In this document: positions 56,756 to 64,000 of the stretch, in pieces
How the letters are laid out: the number at the start of each line of letters is the position of its first letter
How positions within the stretch are numbered: the first letter of the stretch is position 1
Source: an uncultured Candidatus Sumerlaeota bacterium
Lineage (GTDB): Bacteria > Sumerlaeota > Sumerlaeia > MVZB01
Direction of reading: 5' to 3'
Length of the DNA stretch: 64,000 nt
Assembly: GCA_964473105.1 (NCBI GenBank)
Contig: CAYYNQ010000097.1
Coordinates: forward strand, 8,468-72,467
The notes under the pieces: generated by a model
Seen by the model: the letters and a program-made list of their open reading frames with translations, nothing else
The model's database searches: none
Told to the model about the DNA's origin: nothing
Made by a program: the position numbers and the translations under genes

Positions 56756-57421
56756 ATGACCGCCGCGGAACCGATAGTGGAAGGGAGGGCTGGGGGACCA
56801 ATGGGCACGGTGTCCTACCTTGTCACCGATCCCGCGACTTCCAATTGGGCGGTGGTAGATCCAAGCTTCGAGGTCATCTCAACCTGGCAGGATCGCTGGG
56901 CCGGGCTGAAAAACCCCTCTGCTGTGTATATCACACACGGTCACATCGATCATATTGGGGGACTCCATGATTTTGTTGCGCAATTTCCGGGGGTTCCGGT
57001 CTGGGTTCATGGGTTGGGCCGACCGATGCTAGAGTCCGCAGAGATGAATGGATCGCTTATGTTCGGCCTAAAGTATCAGCCTGTCAGCCCCACGCATGAA
57101 TTTGTCGATGGTGAAACGGTGCAATTGGGGGGGACGGTTCTTGAAATAATTCGTGCGGATGGGCACTGTCCCGGGTCAATCATGTTGAAATCAGGCAGAC
57201 ACCTCATTGCCGGAGATGTCATTTTCGAGGGCTCTACGGGGAGATGGGACCTGCCCGGTGGGGATTATGATATTCTGGCCGGGGCCATTCGCGAAAAAGT
57301 CATGGTCCTGCCCGATGAAACGATCATCTATCCGGGACATGGCAGGACCACAACGGTCGGGAATGAGCGCACATCTAACCTGATTGTCCAAAAGATGATG
57401 GCGGGTGAATCTTTTCCGTGA
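56756..57421 (+). CDS. MBL-fold metallo-hydrolase (glyoxalase II-like)
   Basis: 'VYITHGHIDHIGG' (HxHxDH), 'ADGHCPGS' and 'IYPGHG'. Start taken at MTAAEP (56756). The ORF is open from 56582 and would otherwise overlap nrnA. Confidence 0.8.
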   Translation: MTAAEPIVEGRAGGPMGTVSYLVTDPATSNWAVVDPSFEVISTWQDRWAGLKNPSAVYITHGHIDHIGGLHDFVAQFPGVPVWVHGLGRPMLESAEMNGSLMFGLKYQPVSPTHEFVDGETVQLGGTVLEIIRADGHCPGSIMLKSGRHLIAGDVIFEGSTGRWDLPGGDYDILAGAIREKVMVLPDETIIYPGHGRTTTVGNERTSNLIVQKMMAGESFP

Positions 57422-57455
57422 CCGCCCATGGATCAGTTGACGGAACACTCTGCCG

Positions 57456-58619
57456 ATGAATCGACTAAAAGCAGCTTTTTTCCTGGGGCTGTTTACATTT
57501 CTCGTTACGTTATGCCTGATTCTGATCGGGAACTTGGTTCATAATACTGGATCAAGCTTGGCTTGTCCGGACTGGCCGTTGTGCTATGGCGAGTTGTTTC
57601 CGAAGATGGAGGGTGGCGTGCTGTATGAGCATGGCCACCGCTACCTCGGTTTACTAGTGGGGTTTTCTGCCACCCTCCTGGTTGTGTTGTTATGGCCAAC
57701 GCCGGGAGGTTCGGTGGGCGTATTCGGGCTCAAGGCAGGGTTGTCACTGGTGATAGCGACCTGCCTGATCGGTGGCGGGTTTTCAATCACGGATTCTGGA
57801 CTGGCTTGGTTGGGCAGTATAGGTCTTCATGCTGCTGCATATTTCCTTGGTTTTTTCCTGGCACTTTTATTCACGGTATATGTCAGCTGCTTCATGTTTG
57901 AATCAATCAGGCGGATTCTCGGGTTGGCGGGTTATGCGATCGGGTTGCTGGCGCTGGTTTGTTTCCAGGGGCTGCTGGGCGGAGCAACGGTGGCTTACCG
58001 GTTACCCACAGTTGTATCGACTGCGCACTTGGGGACATCCTTGTTGATCCTGTCCGGCTGGTTGTTTCTGGTTGTGAAGATAAGGCAGGTTGACCAAGAT
58101 CGATCTGTGGTGCCGGGCGCATCAACGGGCGCAATGCCCCTTGAAATAATGATCCTGTCACTGGTCGTGTTTGCAGCTGTCTTTTTTCAGGCTCTTGTCG
58201 GGGCGTTGGTTCGGCATACTGGGGTGTCGGGAGCCGCCGGATTAGGAACAGAATACATGCTGCTAGGTTTTGATGCGGCAACGGGTTATCCCTGCCTTTG
58301 GCCCTCGGCGGGTGGGGCACGTTTGAATATGTTGCACCGCCTTCTTGCGTTTCCTGTCATGATGATCGTGTTTGTCTACTCCGGACGATGCTGGCATGTC
58401 ATCCCTCCATATCGCCGACGGATACGGATGATCTGCTGGATACCGTCCCTGATCGTGATTTTCCAGGTCTTTATCGGGATGATGATGCTAGGGATGGGGA
58501 TGCCGGGGACGATGCGGATGGTCCATCTGATGGGTGCTTCAATATTACTCAGCAGCCTAGCGCTGATCTTGGGGGTATGCCGTCTCGTTCCGGGTGACTC
58601 AAGTCTGTGTACACGATAG
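57456..58619 (+). CDS. ctaA: Heme A synthase (CtaA/COX15 family)
   Basis: 8-TM protein with 'ACPDWPLCYGELFP' cysteine pair in loop 1 and 'EHGHRYLG'/'HLGTSL' histidine ligands. 387 aa. Confidence 0.75.
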   Translation: MNRLKAAFFLGLFTFLVTLCLILIGNLVHNTGSSLACPDWPLCYGELFPKMEGGVLYEHGHRYLGLLVGFSATLLVVLLWPTPGGSVGVFGLKAGLSLVIATCLIGGGFSITDSGLAWLGSIGLHAAAYFLGFFLALLFTVYVSCFMFESIRRILGLAGYAIGLLALVCFQGLLGGATVAYRLPTVVSTAHLGTSLLILSGWLFLVVKIRQVDQDRSVVPGASTGAMPLEIMILSLVVFAAVFFQALVGALVRHTGVSGAAGLGTEYMLLGFDAATGYPCLWPSAGGARLNMLHRLLAFPVMMIVFVYSGRCWHVIPPYRRRIRMICWIPSLIVIFQVFIGMMMLGMGMPGTMRMVHLMGASILLSSLALILGVCRLVPGDSSLCTR

Positions 58620-58919
58620 ATTTGGGATTAGAATTTATTCTGGCCTCTTGAGCATACGCCGATGTCACGGCCATATGGATATATTGGGGAAGATCTGTGA
58701 ATCGAGATCCCGCAGGGGCCGGATTCATTATTTTCTTGTTTCCTGGGATGACTGGAGTTAGCCGGATATCGCCATTAAGTGGGCGCGAACACAACCTGTT
58801 GCCTTTTGACAACTGCCCAGAACAATGCTTGACGGGATTTCCTGATGGAATGTGCATATGCACTGGCCCATCCAGGATATTCGGCTTGTCAATATTTGTG
58901 ATACTCTTGGTTTCTAGGG

Positions 58920-59762
58920 TTAGGTTTCCAAGAGTGACCTTTCACGAGCGTATGCGCAGTTTTCACAGGCTGGATTTGAAGTTGGTAGCTCTCTTGAGTT
59001 CATTACGGCGACCATTTCGGTGAGTTTCCCGGGTATCCAGCTTGTGTCCCATGGATAAGCTACCAGGGTTTCCTCGAAATTCATCACGCCAAAAAACCCT
59101 TCAGCATCCCTGATGGCATTGCATACGTAAAAGTAACCCGTGGGGTCCACGGAGAAACCCAACTTATGTAAAAGATACGCGTAGAAATCGAGTTGTCTTT
59201 TGTATCCCTGATGGAACATGCCACTTAGATAAGACTTTGTTTCAACCGCTCTTACACTTGACTGTGATTTATAATCAACCACGATCAGCTTGCCCGTATC
59301 TTGATTTTCCCAGATATCATCGACTCCGCCGGTAAGCAGGATCGGAGTGCCTTCCAGAGGAGCTTGGAGTCCATGATGGAGCGAATCTCGCCATCTATCC
59401 ATGTTCTTGTGCCTGAATGGCACTACATGATTGAGGCCAAACCGTTCAAATAGCCTGTGAGGTGCAGCCTCATCTCTGCATCGATCAAACTCCTTTTTCA
59501 AGAGATCATCAGTCAGAGAGTTAAGGGCCCATCCGGGAGTTCCCGGCTCGGCGAGCCCGCCTACCCGGTCCAGATAAAAGCAGCGGGGACAGTTCAGGAA
59601 ATTTTCAAATCTTCCTCGACTCACCTTGAATTGCTCTTCTTGGAAGGGTTCATAGATGTGACGCCGCTGTACTCTCCTTCCTTTCGCTTTGACGAGTTCT
59701 CCCTGTTTGTTTCTCTTGAGGCTTATCATCAGGGTATCTCCAACAGGCGGTCCTTTTTCCAA
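58920..59762 (-). CDS. PD-(D/E)XK nuclease, RecB/Cas4-like with four-Cys Fe-S cluster ligands
   Basis: Motif II/III 'GGVDDIWENQDTGKLIVVDYKS', 'YKRQLDFYAYLL' (the QhxxY motif), N-terminal 'CPRCFY' and C-terminal 'CENCAY' cysteine pairs. 280 aa. Confidence 0.55.
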   Translation of the reverse strand: MEKGPPVGDTLMISLKRNKQGELVKAKGRRVQRRHIYEPFQEEQFKVSRGRFENFLNCPRCFYLDRVGGLAEPGTPGWALNSLTDDLLKKEFDRCRDEAAPHRLFERFGLNHVVPFRHKNMDRWRDSLHHGLQAPLEGTPILLTGGVDDIWENQDTGKLIVVDYKSQSSVRAVETKSYLSGMFHQGYKRQLDFYAYLLHKLGFSVDPTGYFYVCNAIRDAEGFFGVMNFEETLVAYPWDTSWIPGKLTEMVAVMNSRELPTSNPACENCAYARERSLLET

Positions 59763-60617
59763 TTATTCCAGATGTCGTTTCAATGTCTCGATCATGAGAT
59801 CTTCATCAGGTTCCATATCGCTCCAGATTCGCAAACTGGCCGCACCTTGCCTCGCCAGCATTCCAAGGCCCCCGACAGGCCTGGCTCCCTGTTTCTGCGC
59901 CTCGATGAGGAAAGGGGTTTTTGCCGGGGCATAGACGGTATCGAAAACCGTATGTCTTGAACTCAGGATTCTTGTCGGGACAGGAATCGGATCACCGTTC
60001 TTCATGCCGAGGCTGGTGGCGTTTGCGACCAGATCCGCTTCTTCGGCCGCATCCATAGCCTGATTCACTGTGCCGGCGACATCCACTGTGAGTTTGGGAA
60101 ACTGATCACGGAGATATTCCGCCAGCGCAATGGCCTTGTCTGCAGTTCTGTTGGCAAGAGTCAGCCTCCTGATACCGGCCTGTGCGGCGCCGACCGCCAT
60201 TGCTCGTCCAACACCGCCTGCACCGGACTGAAATACATGACTGCCCTTAAAGTTAAAATCGGCTTCCTTCCGAACTGTCTCGACATATCCAACTGTATCG
60301 GTATTGTATCCTAGGATTCCGCGGTTCGTAAAATGCAGGGTATTCACCGCCCCGATCCGCCGGGCAGCGGGATCGGGTTCGTCAATCAAATCCAATAGCG
60401 CTTCCTTGTGCGGCAGTGTGCAGTTTAGGCCAATGAATCCTTGGGATTGGGCTCCCGTCACAGCGTTTTCGAGGTCATCGGGTTTGACCGGCATTGCAAT
60501 ATAGGCCCAGTCCAGTCCCAGTTGTGAAATTGCCGCATTCTGCATGGGTGGCGAGAGAGAATGTTCAACCGGCCATCCGATTATCCCCACGATCCTGGTT
60601 TTGCCCGATATCTGCAT
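59763..60617 (-). CDS. aroE: Shikimate dehydrogenase
   Basis: 'IVGIIGWPVEHSLSPPMQNAA', 'GLNCTLPHKEA' and 'GAGGVGRAMAVGA' NADP Rossmann motif. 284 aa. Confidence 0.85.
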   Translation of the reverse strand: MQISGKTRIVGIIGWPVEHSLSPPMQNAAISQLGLDWAYIAMPVKPDDLENAVTGAQSQGFIGLNCTLPHKEALLDLIDEPDPAARRIGAVNTLHFTNRGILGYNTDTVGYVETVRKEADFNFKGSHVFQSGAGGVGRAMAVGAAQAGIRRLTLANRTADKAIALAEYLRDQFPKLTVDVAGTVNQAMDAAEEADLVANATSLGMKNGDPIPVPTRILSSRHTVFDTVYAPAKTPFLIEAQKQGARPVGGLGMLARQGAASLRIWSDMEPDEDLMIETLKRHLE

Positions 60618-60790
60618 GTTGTGAATTATCTGCTTGCACCCGGGATTTGATCTAAATCATTCTGTAGCATCTCGAGTATACACGGAAATGCAGGTAGACT
60701 TCAAAGTGTTCGTGCCCGTGGATATAATCGAGAACACCCGGGTTCTTCGTGAAATGAGATGGCTGTGAACGGGCGTGGGCATGGAGGATA

Positions 60791-62155
60791 TTGCGGTATC
60801 GATGGATCATCATCCGGCCTGCCGCTTGGGTCGGCTTGGGGAACTGGAAAGTGGGTATGGATAAAACGCAAGCCATGGATTTTTCTGGGTCCCATGAGGC
60901 AGCTTTGGGATGTGTCGATTCCGGCCGGGTGCCGGCAGCGGTCATGTGGGTGATTCGGATCGGGGTATTATATGCGCTGTTCTGGACAATGTTGTGGGTT
61001 CCGCTGTCTCGGGACAGCGTGGATTATCCAAAACATTGGGAGGCCGCCCGGGCACTGATCGACGGCCAGAGCGTCTACCGCGGCAGTCATTTGTGGATTG
61101 AGTTCAATTATCCCCAGGCGATGGTATTCAATTTTGCCTGGCTGGGGTTTTTTGATTATGCCGTTGCGGAGAGAATCTGGAAGCTGTTTCTGGGTTTATC
61201 CATTGCGGGTTGCTGGTATATTGCGTGGAGAATGTATCTTCCACCTGCCTGTCGGGGCGGAAGCCGTGGTGTGCGCTGGGGTTGGATTACAGCCGCGGTC
61301 ATCGGGTTTTACCAGCCCGCGATGAGCAGCCTGTCGGAGGGGAATATCGACGCATATAATGCGCTATTGATTGTCCTCATGGTTTCCCTGGTTTTGGTAG
61401 GTCGTGAATACACTGCGGGACTGGTTTGGGGATTGCTTGTTTCCGTCAAGTTGATTCCCGTTCTCCTGTTGATCCCGTTACTTTTATGGAAGAAATGGAA
61501 AATACTTCAGGGAGGGGGCATATTTCTGGTGGCATACTTGGCTCTGCTGCTACTGACAGGCAGGCTGGATGAGGAATGGTATTTTTTGACCGGGATCTTG
61601 CCGGTATTGCCGGAGTGGTGGAGGGAGAGTTCGGTTTCAGTTCTTCGTCTTATTTTCATGCTGTCCGGACGCGAGGAGGATTACATGAACGATCCATATT
61701 CCTACCTTGCCGGGGTCCGTGTCTTCCTTTGTGCTGTTGTGGCTGTCTTCATCTGTATTCTCTTTGTACTGAGAACCCGTGGGAAACCATTTTTGTCCGG
61801 ACTTGAATCCGCCATCATCATATTTCCATTGCTGAGTCCCCTCTTCTGGTATCATCACCTGGTCTGGATCCTTCCCGTGCTGCTTCTCCAGTTTTCGGCC
61901 ATGGTTCGTCACAGGTATGGGCGCTTAATGGCGGTCGGATTGATTTCCGGCTGGGTGCTTCTCCAGGTGCCTTGGCTTTTCCTGAGACACAGTTCCATTG
62001 ATCATACATGGAAGGATTTTGCCTACCTCGTGGGCTACCTGATGGTGATCTTCCTGACCGTTGTCTCTGTATTCACCACCCCGAGCCGGCTGAATGCGGT
62101 GGAATTTGAACAGGCACAACAGGCGGAAGGTCCATCGATAAGGAGATCAATGTGA
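60791..62155 (+). CDS. Integral-membrane DUF2029/GT87-like glycosyltransferase family protein (putative)
   Basis: About 11 TM. 'KHWEAARALIDGQSVYRGSHLWIEFNYPQAMVF' loop motif and 'LVSVKLIPVLLLIPLLLWKKWK'. Paralog of the next gene. The real start may be internal (60857 or 60941). Confidence 0.55.
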   Translation: MRYRWIIIRPAAWVGLGNWKVGMDKTQAMDFSGSHEAALGCVDSGRVPAAVMWVIRIGVLYALFWTMLWVPLSRDSVDYPKHWEAARALIDGQSVYRGSHLWIEFNYPQAMVFNFAWLGFFDYAVAERIWKLFLGLSIAGCWYIAWRMYLPPACRGGSRGVRWGWITAAVIGFYQPAMSSLSEGNIDAYNALLIVLMVSLVLVGREYTAGLVWGLLVSVKLIPVLLLIPLLLWKKWKILQGGGIFLVAYLALLLLTGRLDEEWYFLTGILPVLPEWWRESSVSVLRLIFMLSGREEDYMNDPYSYLAGVRVFLCAVVAVFICILFVLRTRGKPFLSGLESAIIIFPLLSPLFWYHHLVWILPVLLLQFSAMVRHRYGRLMAVGLISGWVLLQVPWLFLRHSSIDHTWKDFAYLVGYLMVIFLTVVSVFTTPSRLNAVEFEQAQQAEGPSIRRSM

Positions 62156-63381
62156 GCGGACATGACTCTACAGCGGATCGGCCGAATGGAGCAGGTCGAA
62201 AAGGGAGAAGCACGGTATTTATCCTGTGCCTTCTTCTGTGGTTCTTTGTCGCATACCAGATTATCTATTGGTGGATATATCGTCCATGGGGGCACATTGG
62301 CTCGGATTTTAACAAGCACTGGTATGCCAGTCGTGCGCTGCTCGATGGGTTGAGTATCTATCATGGTAATCACCTTGAGATGGAGTTCAATCATCCTCAT
62401 GCCATGGCATACCTCTTTTGCTGGCTGGGTTGTTTTGAGTTTCCCTTGGCCGGGAAACTCTGGGAGTGCCTGCAGATGGTTTTCATCTCGAGTTGCTGGG
62501 TGCTGGCATGGAAGGGATTGCGGCCGGTGTATGCCTGCTCGGAGGGTGGCAGGATCGTGCAGGAAAACTGGGCGCTTTTTTGTGCTGTAAGCGTATTTGG
62601 GTTTTCACCCTTAGTTACGAATGTTCTGGTCGGGAACATCGATGCATTAAACTGTTTTCTGATACTCGGGATGGTCGCATCTATGGTGAGAAACCGCCAT
62701 TACCTTGCCGGGATCTTGTGGGCTGCGACCATCCTGTCTAAGGTGGTGCCGATTCTGCTCGTGGTCCCCTTCCTGGTTGGGCGCCAATGGAAACTCCTGC
62801 TTGCGGGATTGGCTTCCATCGTCCTATATCTTATTGCCCTGCTGACAAATGGTAAACTGGGTGGTGAATGGCACTTCTTCACGGAGGTTCTTCCCGAGAT
62901 CGGCTGGTATTGGAGAGGAGTCTCGACTTCGAGTGGACGATTTATTCTGGACATGATGGGTCGGACCATTAGTACAGAGGAACAGGCGGTTTATAATGGC
63001 GTCAACATGACCTGTTCTTTTGCCATAGGCATATTTTATGTTGCAATGGCCTGGATTTTTTGGCTCAGGCGAGCTAATCTTCTGCGTTTGCTGGAACTTT
63101 CACTGCTTTTTCTGCCGTTGTTCTCGCCTCTGCTTCATTGGCACCATTTCGTCTGGGTTTTACCGGCATGGTTCCTTCAGGTTAACCGATGCCTGGTTGA
63201 CGAAATGAGCCGTAGATTTCAGGTATTGAACCTGGTTGGGTGGCTTTTCCTTGCTTTCAGTTTCCAGATCAATGATCTTTTTTCACCCAACATTTCAATT
63301 GACAGGTATAGTCACTTAGTCGCTGGGGTGTTTCTGGTGTTTTTGAATACAATTGAATTTATTAGCCACGATGTCCGGTAA
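62152..63381 (+). CDS. Integral-membrane DUF2029/GT87-like glycosyltransferase family protein (paralog of 60791-62155)
   Basis: 'KHWYASRALLDGLSIYHGNHLEMEFNHPHAMAY' and 'ILSKVVPILLVVPFLVGRQWK' parallel the upstream gene. The start overlaps the upstream stop. Confidence 0.55.
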   Translation: MSGHDSTADRPNGAGRKGRSTVFILCLLLWFFVAYQIIYWWIYRPWGHIGSDFNKHWYASRALLDGLSIYHGNHLEMEFNHPHAMAYLFCWLGCFEFPLAGKLWECLQMVFISSCWVLAWKGLRPVYACSEGGRIVQENWALFCAVSVFGFSPLVTNVLVGNIDALNCFLILGMVASMVRNRHYLAGILWAATILSKVVPILLVVPFLVGRQWKLLLAGLASIVLYLIALLTNGKLGGEWHFFTEVLPEIGWYWRGVSTSSGRFILDMMGRTISTEEQAVYNGVNMTCSFAIGIFYVAMAWIFWLRRANLLRLLELSLLFLPLFSPLLHWHHFVWVLPAWFLQVNRCLVDEMSRRFQVLNLVGWLFLAFSFQINDLFSPNISIDRYSHLVAGVFLVFLNTIEFISHDVR

Positions 63382-63446
63382 GGGTGTGGTGGATATGTTC
63401 ATCCATCGGCAGCCGGGTGATGTGTGATGGGACTTGGGATATAAGT

Positions 63447-64000
63447 ATGATTTGGAGAGTCAAGGACGGTTCAATTCAGATTGATCAACCTCTGATCATG
63501 GGCATCGTCAATATCACGCCGGACTCGTTCAGCGATGGCGGTTTGTTTTTGTCTCCGAAGAATGCGGTCAGGCACGGTCTGGAACTCGTGGACGCGGGTG
63601 CTGATATTCTGGATATCGGGGGAGAGTCGACACGACCGGGCGCAGAAACGGTTGCTTTTGATGATGAGTTGGAACGGGTTGTTCCCGTCATCCGGGGATT
63701 AAGGGCAAAAACCGATATTCCCATATCGGTCGACACTTACAAGGCGGGTGTTGCATTGGCGGCTGTCCGGGCCGGTGCCACCATTATCAATGATGTCAGT
63801 GCCTTAAGGTTCGACAGGGACATGGTCGAGGTTGTTGCGGAATCGGGTGCCGGTGTGGTGTTGATGCACATGCAGGGGAATCCGCGGGACATGCAGGCTG
63901 ATCCGGAATATCACGATATGACCGGGGAAATCATGGATTTCCTGGGAAAGCAGGTCGAGATTGCCCTGGATGGCGGGGTGCAGGCGGGGCAGATATGTGT
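63447..64000 (+). CDS. folP: Dihydropteroate synthase (partial; runs off the window end)
   Basis: 'LIMGIVNITPDSFSDGG', 'ILDIGGESTRPGA', 'ISVDTYK' and 'IINDVSA' pterin-binding motifs. No stop before 64000. Confidence 0.85.
   Translation, partial: MIWRVKDGSIQIDQPLIMGIVNITPDSFSDGGLFLSPKNAVRHGLELVDAGADILDIGGESTRPGAETVAFDDELERVVPVIRGLRAKTDIPISVDTYKAGVALAAVRAGATIINDVSALRFDRDMVEVVAESGAGVVLMHMQGNPRDMQADPEYHDMTGEIMDFLGKQVEIALDGGVQAGQIC

Noticed and set aside
1-64000. CRISPR arrays, insertion sequences, integrases, transposases, toxin-antitoxin pairs
   Set aside because: No regularly spaced direct repeats were found. No ORF has DDE/tyrosine-recombinase/serine-recombinase motifs. The only mobile-element signature is the tRNA 3'-end duplication reported above.

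Overview
This 64 kb window is a dense, mostly housekeeping chromosomal segment of a bacterium that is likely from the PVC group (Verrucomicrobia, Lentisphaerae or Planctomycetes-like). The phylum guess rests on three paralogous prepilin-type 'TLIELL' (DUF1559/H-X9-DG-like) genes and an exosortase/EpsI locus. GC content is about 52%.

Recognisable core genes, in order:
- uppP and a polyprenyl synthetase, then mreB and a YceD/DUF177 gene.
- ribF, a WecA/MraY-family transferase, ftsY, a LOG-family gene, pnuC and a NadR-like nicotinamide riboside kinase.
- aroC, rpsU, acs, exbB/exbD, rpsA.
- yebC-ruvC-purN, a nitroreductase, a CbpA-like DnaJ, RNase E/G, miaA-hfq, nrnA, an MBL-fold hydrolase, ctaA, aroE and the start of folP.

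Accessory content:
1. A large cell-surface glycan gene cluster at about 13.7-28.0 kb. It holds three GT4 genes, one GT2, a DegT aminotransferase, a hexapeptide acyltransferase, an NAD-dependent sugar epimerase, putative LptC/LptA-like proteins, a heptose-1-phosphate adenylyltransferase and an 815-aa membrane protein with a large extracytoplasmic domain. The GT2 gene contains an in-frame 11-nt poly-G/C tract, which makes it a candidate phase-variable switch.
2. An exosortase gene broken by three single-base frameshifts, followed by an EpsI-family gene with an in-frame TAG. The whole system appears to be decaying.
3. A translationally coupled gene string of SF2 helicase, a small TM protein with a Thr-Pro linker, and a GspD/PilQ-type secretin. 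The secretin carries an unusual basic, disordered C-terminal tail of about 200 aa.
4. A tRNA-Pro(CGG) whose 3' 23 nt are repeated exactly 960 bp downstream. The repeats bracket a single prepilin-type paralog, which looks like the remnant of a tRNA-targeted integrative element.
5. An apparently unannotated SRP RNA (ffs, minus strand, about 28.2-28.35 kb), recognised from the conserved domain IV motif, next to a canonical sigma-70 promoter for rpsU.
6. A standalone Cas4-like PD-(D/E)XK/Fe-S nuclease, tandem DUF2029/GT87-like membrane glycosyltransferase paralogs, and a PQQ beta-propeller / secreted-protein / pseudopilin operon.

No CRISPR array, integrase, transposase or rRNA gene was seen.
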